From positions 32,001 to 96,000 of IMG/VR virus record IMGVR_UViG_3300009514_000888: a DNA stretch of 64,000 nt; one strand, 5' to 3'. Below are positions 27,151 through 39,000 of the stretch, one piece after another. The stretch's first letter is position 1. Every line of letters starts with the position of its first letter. A model generated the notes under the pieces. That model ran no database searches. It was not told the DNA's origin and worked only from the letters and a program-made list of their open reading frames with translations. A program made the position numbers and the translations under genes. The stretch comes from a virus.

Positions 27151-27927
27151 ATGAACGATACCTGGGACATTTTGCAGAAAGAGCTGGCATACTTTAATGT
27201 AACCATCCTTGATAACGGAGATTGTGAATGTGTCGAGGATGGAGAAAGGAAGTCCATGTCGATTGAGCAACGGATTGCTCAGTATCAAGAAGATATTAAT
27301 GAAAACGTATTGATTTTGAATAGTCTTTGGAGAGAAGCTACTCACCTACTTTTTTCTACAAGCGCATCTAATTTGGCTGCCGATGAGAAGGGTATTGATC
27401 TGTTTATCTTTTCTCTCAAGGACATGGCTAAGTTCCTGGAAATATTTGAGGAACTAGATCATTCATCGCTCAAGCAATGCATTGAAAAAGCCCTGTTACA
27501 AGACATCGTATCTTATAGTCATGAGCAAGTGCATGAATTGCCCAGTTATAAGATGGCAATTGATTGGGTGAATAGACTTATCTCTCATGCGAAATACATG
27601 ATTCATTTGTTGAAGTTTTCTCTTTGCGGAGAAAATCATGCCGTAAGCATTAAGATTGCTACTGGTATTTCCGGTCCCTGGGCAAACCTGGACCTGCCCA
27701 TGTTGGAGAGGGTTTTTCCTTGGGGAGATATTGATGAAGAGGCGAGGGGCAGGGATCGAGATATCCGTCGTCAGAGGAGATACAGAAAAGGTTTTGAAGC
27801 TTATAACAACGGAGGGGCTGTGGGGGAGGGGCACTATTGGCGGGAAATCAAGAATGAGCCATATAGCTGGTATGATCGCAGCACAGAAGAACCTTACTAC
27901 AAAAGATACCTACTTACAAGAGATTAA
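27151..27927 (+). CDS. Hypothetical protein
   Basis: 258-aa ORF in the head module. Confidence 0.65.
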   Translation: MNDTWDILQKELAYFNVTILDNGDCECVEDGERKSMSIEQRIAQYQEDINENVLILNSLWREATHLLFSTSASNLAADEKGIDLFIFSLKDMAKFLEIFEELDHSSLKQCIEKALLQDIVSYSHEQVHELPSYKMAIDWVNRLISHAKYMIHLLKFSLCGENHAVSIKIATGISGPWANLDLPMLERVFPWGDIDEEARGRDRDIRRQRRYRKGFEAYNNGGAVGEGHYWREIKNEPYSWYDRSTEEPYYKRYLLTRD

Positions 27928-27943
27928 CAGGACAGGGATCAAT

Positions 27944-28381
27944 ATGCGTAAGGTTAGCCAATCTTTCATAGATCGACTCATCGGCTTAATGCCCAGCTTG
28001 TTGCCTTTAGTGACTCATACGAAGCCAGGTATTGACGAAAAGGCGGCAATGAATCTATTTCATATTTGGAAGAATGATCAGAACAAGGTAGGGGAGAACG
28101 TTTATAAGCGTCCCACATCTTTTTCTGCGGAAGATGTTAATATCATGAAGCGAGAGGGGCTGGTTCGCACAGTGGGCGACAAGATTGAGATTACATCCAA
28201 AGGATCAGGCATTATTAACGTTATGATTCTGGGAGACGATTCCTCATCTTTCGACGATGATGGATCAATTGTCGGCTATATGGATGCCTTGGCCAAGAGC
28301 AATAGTCCCACGGTTCGCACGGCCAAGAGCATGTCCAAGTCTGCATCAGACAATTGGTGGGGCAGGTTCGAGAAGAAATAA
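27944..28381 (+). CDS. Hypothetical protein (winged-helix-like middle)
   Basis: Likely start ATG 27944 (MRKVSQ), after the stop of the preceding gene. Confidence 0.6.
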   Translation: MRKVSQSFIDRLIGLMPSLLPLVTHTKPGIDEKAAMNLFHIWKNDQNKVGENVYKRPTSFSAEDVNIMKREGLVRTVGDKIEITSKGSGIINVMILGDDSSSFDDDGSIVGYMDALAKSNSPTVRTAKSMSKSASDNWWGRFEKK

Positions 28382-28710
28382 TGCCTATCATTCGCGTTGA
28401 GACGCAGAAAACATCTATGGAGGATGTCAAACTTGAATATGATCTGTTTTGGTATGATCATGTTACCAAGCAGATGCTTAAATTTAATGGCGGCCGTCTC
28501 AATATGAGATACCGACTCGAAGAAGAAGGTGAAGTTGCGGATCAAGAGGCTGGACCGCAGACTCGATGGCTGCCGGTCGTAGAAGATATTTTTCATAGAC
28601 GGTCAGTGACGAAAGACACAGAACGTATCTTTGAGATACCTGATGACGAGGCTCAAGAATTCATCGATGAATTGAAAGAGAATGACTATGAGTATGAGAT
28701 TATTGGGTAA
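28381..28710 (+). CDS. Hypothetical protein
   Basis: TAATG coupling at both ends. Confidence 0.6.
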   Translation: MPIIRVETQKTSMEDVKLEYDLFWYDHVTKQMLKFNGGRLNMRYRLEEEGEVADQEAGPQTRWLPVVEDIFHRRSVTKDTERIFEIPDDEAQEFIDELKENDYEYEIIG

Positions 28711-29657
28711 TGCTTAGTGTAGAAATAGCTGATACTCCTTACAGTCAAGCCCAGGGCTTGATGTTCAGAAGCCATCTTCATCCCGATTCCGGGATGATTT
28801 TTGTATTCCGGAAACCTCAAAAACTGAGCTTCTGGGGCGTCAATACCCTTGTGCCTCTCGATATTGCCTTTGTTAAAGACGATGGCAAGATTTCCAAGAT
28901 TTCCACTATTCATCCACTGTCTGATCGTTCAGTGGTCAGCAATGAGGACTGTACTATAGCTATAGAAGCCAACCTGGGATACTTTGGAGAGCGTAGAATC
29001 AACATCGGGGATCACATTAATCTTGAGAGACTATCGAAGGAAACGGGAATAGTTCGATTCACGAAAAGGAAGGATTTGGCGGAAAATGTATCGAAGCAAA
29101 AAGTATCGCAAGTTGTTGAGAATGGAAATTTCGTGGGACTTCAAAGAGCGGTTCCGCACCCGAATGACGAATCCAGCCAACGTATTCATGAACTTGGCAG
29201 AGTTGTGGATGAACAGGGTAGTTTGCCAGTCTACGACCTCGAAGAGCTAATTGAGGCTCTCGAAGATAAGTTTGATGATACCACGCAAGAGGTAGAGACC
29301 AGAGAAGAAGATGCTTTGGTGGAAGCGCCAGAAGTTGCGCCAACCGAAGAAGAATATCCTGAATTTGCAAATCCAGAACAGGCGTTGAGTTGGGCGCAGC
29401 AGAACCAGGAGGTTGTCAGAATATTCTATCGCACGAAAGGCGGTAGAGACATTCAAAGGAGAGTTCACCCTCACTTACAGTTTACAGCCAAGACGACTGG
29501 CAACGACATTGTGGTTACTTATGACGAAACAGTAAAGGATATTAGAGCTTTTGTCGTAAGTAACATTATGTATTATGACTTTGCCGGTCAGCAATTTAGG
29601 CCAAGTTTCTTAGTAAGAGGACAAACAGATAATGGACAAGGCACTCTTAATCCTTGA
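28710..29657 (+). CDS. DUF192 - WYL-like fusion protein
   Basis: N-terminal VEIADTP...QGLMFR...GMIFVF...SFW..NT..PLDIAF (DUF192). C-terminal VRIFYRTKGG..I.RRVHP...VTYDETVKDIRAF.VSNI (WYL-like). Confidence 0.75.
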   Translation: MLSVEIADTPYSQAQGLMFRSHLHPDSGMIFVFRKPQKLSFWGVNTLVPLDIAFVKDDGKISKISTIHPLSDRSVVSNEDCTIAIEANLGYFGERRINIGDHINLERLSKETGIVRFTKRKDLAENVSKQKVSQVVENGNFVGLQRAVPHPNDESSQRIHELGRVVDEQGSLPVYDLEELIEALEDKFDDTTQEVETREEDALVEAPEVAPTEEEYPEFANPEQALSWAQQNQEVVRIFYRTKGGRDIQRRVHPHLQFTAKTTGNDIVVTYDETVKDIRAFVVSNIMYYDFAGQQFRPSFLVRGQTDNGQGTLNP

Positions 29658-31302
29658 GAAAGTAGGCGATGAACTAGATCATCGCAAGATGACTGACCTG
29701 GCGAATGAAGTGACTGCTGCTATGCGTCACGGACTCATGATTAAGCAGGCCCAGTATAACGGCATTCAGGGGTATTGGATTCGTAATCGTCGTTGCTGGG
29801 ACAACTGTTACCGACAAAAGCGGGCGTCCAATAAGTCTAAATCAGCCCAAGAAGTTTGGTTTGAATGCCATAGCGAATATCTGAAGTCTATTAATAATGA
29901 TCGCACGGAATGGGATAAGTACGCCGACAGTATCTCTAAGAAAATCAAGGTTGCTTCTGCCGAACAGGAACAGTCCTTCTTCTTGACGCGAGTTGCAGAT
30001 CGACTGCATAAAGGCGCATCCCCAGAATCATCTATCAGGAATACGCTTCGCGAGGGCGAAGATCGCTATGACCAAAATATCTATATGGTTGCATCCTCTT
30101 TGAGCAAAATAGCTGAACGGCTCAATGAAAGAGGCGAGGAAGAGTTGGCAAAATGTATTGTTGCTGCGACGGATGAGATCATCAAAGAGTCCTGGATAGG
30201 ACTCGATATGATTGAGCGTAGAAACAAAAATAAAAAGCCAGGAGATGAAGTTAAGCTGGGCGATGAAGCCAAGCCAGAAGATGAAGCCAAACCCATGTGG
30301 GGCGCTAAGAAGAACTGGTTTGGCGGCAAGAAGGCTCAGCCCGTTGATCCGGCCATGTCAGATCGTGGCCCTCTAGATGATAATATGATGGGTGCATCCG
30401 AGAATAAATTTAGGTATGTCTTGGGAGACCCCGAGTATAGAGAGCAAGCTATCAATCTTATTTTTTCAGAGCCTTGGCTCTTGAATCAGCTCGCAAAGGC
30501 GGTTAATGCTCGCGGCAAGGTTCGGATTGCTCCAGGCCGCAGCGCTAAGCAGCATAAGGGTATTAAGACAGCCCGGCTCATGCAACCAGTTACAGATTTG
30601 AACGAGGTTGCGGACCTGATTACTCAGAATCCAAGCCAGTTCATGAATTCTTTGCTGGATAGCGGCTTCGATCCAGCTGCCGAAGGTCATCGCTTTACCG
30701 CCGAAGGTTATAACGTTACAGATGTTGCGACAGGTAAGCCCTTGGGGATGCAGTCCGCCGACCCTGGCTCGGTTTCTGATCCGTGGGAGGCTGCGCGGGG
30801 CGAAGTTGGGCAGGGCGGATTCAATCAGCAAAACCTGGGATTCAACCCGCAGGTTGGCCAGCAAGATTTTCAAGGCGCAGATATGTCCTCTCTACATGAT
30901 ACTGGCGTCATCGGAGAGGGAACTGAGGCTGCGGAGCAGCAAGCCGCTGAGCAAGCGGAGCAGCAGACAGGGGTTTCTCTTGAACAGGTTAAGTCCTTTA
31001 TGGAGAATCTGAGAGATTCGGAGTTCACCAGGGGACGATGGAGCGATGCGACTAGAACAAAGTATTTGAACGGGACTATCGCATTGCTCGATGACTTGGC
31101 TCAACAACAGTCCGTCCCTAGCCAAATAGAGGCGCTGGGCAACCCAAGACCTGCTGGCGTTACGCCCAGAGGCGTAGGCGGCAAGGAGCAGGGGCGTGGG
31201 GGAGGAAGGGCGGCTTCTGTCGATACATCATTTGTGGGTGTAAAAATAGCTAATCTAATTAAAGATTGGGAAAAGAAGGGTTTTTCAAGCAGACCCTTCT
31301 AA
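29632..31302 (+). CDS. Putative head/internal virion protein
   Basis: Repeated K-x-A motifs (IKQAQ, IKVAS, IKTAR, VKIAN). Confidence 0.6.
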   Translation: MDKALLILEKVGDELDHRKMTDLANEVTAAMRHGLMIKQAQYNGIQGYWIRNRRCWDNCYRQKRASNKSKSAQEVWFECHSEYLKSINNDRTEWDKYADSISKKIKVASAEQEQSFFLTRVADRLHKGASPESSIRNTLREGEDRYDQNIYMVASSLSKIAERLNERGEEELAKCIVAATDEIIKESWIGLDMIERRNKNKKPGDEVKLGDEAKPEDEAKPMWGAKKNWFGGKKAQPVDPAMSDRGPLDDNMMGASENKFRYVLGDPEYREQAINLIFSEPWLLNQLAKAVNARGKVRIAPGRSAKQHKGIKTARLMQPVTDLNEVADLITQNPSQFMNSLLDSGFDPAAEGHRFTAEGYNVTDVATGKPLGMQSADPGSVSDPWEAARGEVGQGGFNQQNLGFNPQVGQQDFQGADMSSLHDTGVIGEGTEAAEQQAAEQAEQQTGVSLEQVKSFMENLRDSEFTRGRWSDATRTKYLNGTIALLDDLAQQQSVPSQIEALGNPRPAGVTPRGVGGKEQGRGGGRAASVDTSFVGVKIANLIKDWEKKGFSSRPF

Positions 31303-31345
31303 TTAACAAAGAATAACTGTCCAAACTGTTTGGGAGAAAGAACCT

Positions 31346-32158
31346 ATGCAGTTCATAACGAACAAGATCAGTACTGGAAAGGCGAAGACCTTTGAGGAAT
31401 TAGTCTCTGCGTACGTAGAGAAGAAGAACCAGGCGAAGACGGCTGATGCGTCTCAGGCAATCAAGACTGCTCAGGTCGAAGTTGTAGAAGCTTCCGGCCG
31501 CGGCGATGCTTCTGCTGGGGAGAAAGACGAAGCCGAATCTTCGGGTCAGCTGGATGTCGAACCTCTCCACCAGGAAGGCGAATCGACTCCAAGTCCCCAC
31601 AAGGATAAGACCGAATGTTCTGCTGACTCCGAAGTCAAGCAAGCAGATGTTAAGATGAGTGATCCTTGTGAAGACGAATGCGATTCCTCTGGCCATCCCG
31701 AATGGGAAGGCAAGGATGAGCATAACAACGATCCTGAGGCTGGACGACACCGCGAAGGCGATGGCGACCAGAAGGAAGCCGCTGGCGAAGCCGAGGTTAA
31801 GAAGGCTAATCTTGACAATCTTGGTGACAAGAAGGCTAAGCCGTTTGGCAAGGAAGAAAAGGAAGAGGAAGAAGAAGAAGTTAAGGCTTCTGCTGATTCC
31901 GAAACCAAGGAAGCTGCTTCCAAAAAGACGGCTGGCTGTGACTGCGGACCCGATTGCGACTGCCCAGGCAAGGCCGGCGGTGACTGCGAATGTAAGTCTT
32001 GCCATGCCGATACGAAGAAAGATGTCAAGGAAGCCGTTGCTGCTCCCAAGTTCGTCAAAGTATCTGATTTGAATGACAAGAGCAAGAGCTGGCTTAGGGA
32101 CTATTGGAGAAATATCTTCCCAGACGCTTATGTTGACGCGATGCTTGCTGACAAGTAA
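31346..32158 (+). CDS. Acidic scaffold/core-like protein with Cys cluster
   Basis: Highly charged; contains CDCGPDCDCPG...CECKSCH and an aromatic C-terminal helix. Confidence 0.6.
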   Translation: MQFITNKISTGKAKTFEELVSAYVEKKNQAKTADASQAIKTAQVEVVEASGRGDASAGEKDEAESSGQLDVEPLHQEGESTPSPHKDKTECSADSEVKQADVKMSDPCEDECDSSGHPEWEGKDEHNNDPEAGRHREGDGDQKEAAGEAEVKKANLDNLGDKKAKPFGKEEKEEEEEEVKASADSETKEAASKKTAGCDCGPDCDCPGKAGGDCECKSCHADTKKDVKEAVAAPKFVKVSDLNDKSKSWLRDYWRNIFPDAYVDAMLADK

Positions 32159-32184
32159 TTAGTATCCTCAACGGAGATGATGGG

Positions 32185-32871
32185 ATGTGGATTGTTCCTG
32201 TAGGTCGAAAGCGATTGATGATGGCGCAGATGATGAACCCCGATCCTGTGGCATCAGGACAGGGGGAAATTGATACTGGCCTCGATCCAGAGCAGGCTCA
32301 ACAGTTTGGACAAGAAACTGCATTGGATGATCGTCCAGTCAATGAGCTGGAAGACGATCTTCATGAAGCGGAAAATCCTGAAGCCAGCTTGACCAAGAAT
32401 ATCATTGAATTCCTGGTTCAGCTGGGATATCCGCTTCGTCGTCTGCGCGACTTCAAAAGTCAATTCTATAGCGAAAAAGGCGGTAATGATGGCGGCGCTC
32501 AGGTCACCATCACACTCCCTAACCAGTTGTATGATGATCCCGATTCTGTGCTGCCAGGCAGGGCGGTCAAGGCATTTGTTCAAAAGCTACAGGAGGATCA
32601 TGGTCTGCATTATGAGGGTTATGACAAAAGCGACGAAAAGCTCATCTTGAAGCTGTCTCGAATAGGAGTCAATGACCGTATGCAGCAAATGCAGGATGGA
32701 TTTGGGGATGTTCTTGACCGCGTGTATGGAAATCCGGACAAGGGAAGCAAAGACCCAAGCAAGATCAGGGCGGCAACCATCCGGGAAATGATTAAGTCAG
32801 GCAAAGAAAGGGTGACGGTTAAGTTATTGAAAGCCCTAGGAGACTCTAATGTCGCTTCAACCAACAGGTAA
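32185..32871 (+). CDS. Hypothetical protein
   Basis: 228-aa ORF; the true start may be one of the downstream Met codons. Confidence 0.6.
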   Translation: MWIVPVGRKRLMMAQMMNPDPVASGQGEIDTGLDPEQAQQFGQETALDDRPVNELEDDLHEAENPEASLTKNIIEFLVQLGYPLRRLRDFKSQFYSEKGGNDGGAQVTITLPNQLYDDPDSVLPGRAVKAFVQKLQEDHGLHYEGYDKSDEKLILKLSRIGVNDRMQQMQDGFGDVLDRVYGNPDKGSKDPSKIRAATIREMIKSGKERVTVKLLKALGDSNVASTNR

Positions 32872-33692
32872 ATCTAAAACCATTCCTTCACTGGAAATCG
32901 ACTACGAAGCCCTAGGGAAGGAGATTAATGCTGCCGATAAGGCTCGTAACACCAGGGAGCAGAAGCCAACTCGCGTTGCCAAGCAAACCTCGGGAACGCT
33001 TTATGCGAATGGATCGAATCCTTATAGCATCAATAAACAGCAAATGATTAACTTCCTCAACGGGCAGGAGACTCCTGCTCCAGAATCAACGCCAGTTGAG
33101 AATGTCGATCATCGACAGGCCGCAACTCCTGCCAGCTACGAAAGTAGGAAATTAGACAATAATCCTCATCTGACTGGGAAAAGTATCATGCGATCTGGAG
33201 GAGGGATTGATAATGATGGCGCTACTCCCTATCGCAGAAATAGCAATTCGGAAATGATAAATTCCATTTGGGATTCGGAAAAGATTCATAGGATGTCCAA
33301 TGAATTAGCCTCGACACCAGGAGAGCAGATATCCCAAAATAAAGAAGATAGACAGTCAGTCCTTAAGCAATTGGAGAGCGAACGTAGAGATCAGCTCGCA
33401 GATGCTCTGGAAGCAGGGGTGGAGCAGCGAAAGGACTCTCATGTGACTCATACTGGCGGATCGGGCGAACATGCCTCTCAATACAAGATGCCCAAGAGAA
33501 ATATGAGTATATTTGATACCGATAGTTTTGAGGCGTTTGCTTCTCAGCATCAGACCGATGGAGAAAAAATGTCCGAAGCCAAGAGACAAGCTCGTGCGGA
33601 CATGGATAAAACTGTTCCCAATACGGGAAGAATTGTATCTAGCAAGGGCGTTTTGAACCGACTGTGGGATGCTCTTAGCCAGGAAGGACAGG

Positions 33693-33700
<8 letters not shown>
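32849..33700 (+). CDS. Hypothetical protein, putative virion component
   Basis: 283-aa hydrophilic ORF overlapping its neighbours. Confidence 0.6.
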
Positions 33701-35486
<1,786 letters not shown>

Positions 35487-36045
35487 AGATTGCGAATCTT
35501 GTAGACGGTCTTGGGCCTGGCGCATTCAAGGGCGGTCGTCCGCAAAAAGACCCATTCGAATTTAAGCTTCCTGGAGATAAAAACCCAAAGGGCGAGCAGT
35601 TTTCCTGTCCCGCGTGCGGTCGCGATTGCGAAACAGGAGAAATATGCCAATTTTGTAATGTCGCCTGTGAGGGAAGCGGAGAATCTAAGCCATTAAAGCC
35701 AGATGATCCTGGTTCGCAGAAAAATCCTTGGGATCAATATATCCTGGCCCCGCAAGTGCAAAGAGGGGCAGAAGTTATTTTTGATAGCCGTTCTGGTAAG
35801 TTTACAACTTCTCAGATAGACCCTGACGCTGCCTTGATGCGGCGTATGAGAAAAAAGCGCAAGGGTTATCCTCTGGATTTGCCTGATTTGCCGCAAATTA
35901 GACCTCATAAATCAGATACGAAGTATATGCTTGATCCCTCATCAACTCATGGGAAAAAAGTCGATAGAAGACCTGCGACGGAAGAGGAAGCCGATCATGC
36001 CTGCAAATGCTTGGCTATCGATGGCTAAGGAGAAGAATATAACCG

Positions 36046-39000
36046 ATGAAATTGATTCTTCCAGATACCTCCCCGCAAGGGAGGAGACGAAAAGTAGCTG
36101 CGACAGGAGCTATTAGCGCTTCATCTCCAGCAACAGGACATTCGACGGGTTACGCCCGTAGCGTGTCTAGTCTTACTCCTATCACTAAGACATCTCAGTT
36201 TACCGGCTCTGGGGCAAATACCATTTTTACCCAGCCGATGTTTTTCTCCCCATTGCATACCCCGCAGAACTGGCAGATCGCGTCAAAAAGAAGAGAGATT
36301 TATCAATGGAGCTTTATTGATAATGATATAAATCCTTGTTACTTAACGCTTAAGAGCGGACAGCAAAAAAGAATATCTTCCTTTTATACAGATAGCACAT
36401 ATGCTACTTCTTCATATATAACCGATTTGAATCAAGATTATGTGGTTCTGGATGGGCATGGAAATCTCAATAGACCTGACAAAGTATCAAAAAGGTGGGT
36501 ATCTAAGAAGGCCAACAAAATAAAGGCAGTGGGACTACCTGAGTCGCTTGTGGTCACAAGTGATCACAAGTGTAGGGTGATCAAAAGGGCGGATTTACGC
36601 TGCAAGTACCATTCTAGAAAAAATTGTGTTCATGGACACTGTGCTCCAACATGCACAAGATTTAATTGTGATCTGTATAAGAATGTAAGTTATAAAATAT
36701 CAAATGTTTTGGCTTCTGAAATAGAGGTTGGGGACTACATATTGCAGCCTTTCCCAACAGATATTATTGACAGTTGCATTTCTTCGATAGATGAGGCTAG
36801 GTTTGCTGGGCACCTGGGTGCCGATGGCTGGTATTGCAATGGAGATAATGAGACTGGATATAAGGCAGTTGGTGTTTGTATGTCCGTTGATGAAAAAGAG
36901 TATGTAGGAGGTACGGTCGATGCTATTTTCGACCAATACGGAGGATCGGATTGTGAGTATTATAACAATAAAAGCAAAACATTGACAGCGAAGCGCACTT
37001 CTAATGTAAAGACAGTTAAATTTGCTGATAAAATTCTTAAGGGCAAGGGGTCAAAAAAGCGCTTTACAGAACAGGTCACTTTGCTTGATCCTATTTTGCA
37101 AAAGCATGTACTAGGAGCCTATATACAATCTGATGGTTCATACAACAAAGCAAATGATGTTTTTGAGATTACTTCTTATTCTCCGCATCTGGCTAATCAG
37201 TTGTTGATAATGTGCTACAGATGCGGAATTTTGGCTCGTGTGCATAAGCAGCCAATTAGTCGTTCGACAAAAACATTCAAAACCGACAATCAGTATCGTT
37301 ATATACTTTGTATTCCATCATCGGAATGCCGTAAGATATCTGAATACGTTCCTGGAAAATCTTCCAATTTGTCGATCAGAAAAAAGGGGTCTTCATGGAG
37401 ATTTTTTTGGGGTAATAATGTTGTTACCAGAGTTTCGTCAAACGAAGAATTTGATTACGAGGGATTTGTCTACGACATAAGGGTTCCTCCTTCTTTTACT
37501 GTATGCGCCAACGGCGTTTCCGTTCATCAGTGCCGCTTCTATTATGAAAACGAGCCAAAGGTTGCTGCGGGCGTTGACTTCTATTGCTTCGATCCAAAAA
37601 CTCCAGTTTTAATGGCAGATGGATCGCAGAAAGCTATTGAGTCAATTTCGGTAGGCGATGCAGTTCGATCACACGATGGGAGCGTGGGCGCTGTAGAAGA
37701 AGTACATCGCCGACAAGCGGAAGAGCCTATCTATTGTATCCATATTTCTGGGGTTAATAACGGAACTCTTAAAGCAACAGGCGGGCACCGTATCCTTGTA
37801 TCTAGAAAGGAAAAAATTCAATGGATGAATGTTTGCGACTTGAAGAAGGGAGACTTCCTGTTAGCCCCATGTAATTATGAGTCGGTTATTGATGAGTCTG
37901 GAATACGTGATACTCCATACTTTGTTAATGGTAAGTATATTTATCGTCAAGTGTTGTCTGTAAAAAAGAAGCCCTACAAAGGCGATGTATATGACTTAAC
38001 AGTTCACGGGGCGCATACTTACGTGGCAAATAGGGTCGCTGTTCACAATTCGACATTCGCAATGAATGGCTTTAAGTTAGAGTGCAAATCCCAGGATGTT
38101 CTTGAATACTTTGAGCAGCTTATAGAAGATATCGATTTGGCCGATTGGCTGCAACACATCAGCCATGAATATTATCTACTTGGCGATGTTTTTCCGTTCT
38201 TGGAAATTGAGTGCCCAACGTGCAAAGGAAAGGGCGTGGACCCGAAGACCAGGGATCGTTGCAGCCATCCTGGAGGAACATTCCGGTCCATCCGCTTGAT
38301 GAATCCCGATTATATAGAAGTCCAAGACAATGTTTTGGCTGATCATCCTGTGATCGCAATGATGCCGGATGAAGAATTGAGAATGATTATTGCTCGTCGT
38401 CAGCCAAAAGAGATATATGAGAAATTGCCTCAAGAACTGGTTGACCTGGTTGCCACAGGACGACCCATTCCGCTGTCTCCGAGAAGCGTTAGCCATCTCA
38501 AGTTCAATGGCTCTGCCTACGGAACATACGGCACCTCCATGCTGCGCCGTTTGTTTACGATTCTTGCCTATAAAACCAAGATTATGACGGCCAATTGGAT
38601 CGTCGCCGAAAGGATGATCCTGCCTGTTCGCGTTGTCAAGGTTGGAGACAAAGATCGTCCAGCCAGCGAAGACGATTTGCAGGATGTTGCAAATCAGTTG
38701 GCAGCAGTTGTCAATGATCCGAACTTGACAATTATTACTCACCACGCATTTGAATACATGTGGCATGGTGCGACTGGCAAAATTCATAATATTAGCGCTG
38801 AACTTGAAGAAGTTGGTAAAGAAATTCTTGATGGGCTTATGTTGAACCAGGCTATTCTAAACGGGGAGGCAGCAGGATATAATAGTGCGCAGGTTGGCGT
38901 TGAAGTTATGATACGCCGTCTCGAGAATTGGCGCAATAAACTAGCGAAGTGGGTTCAGAATCACATCTTCAAGCCCATCGCTATGATGCAGGGATTTTTA

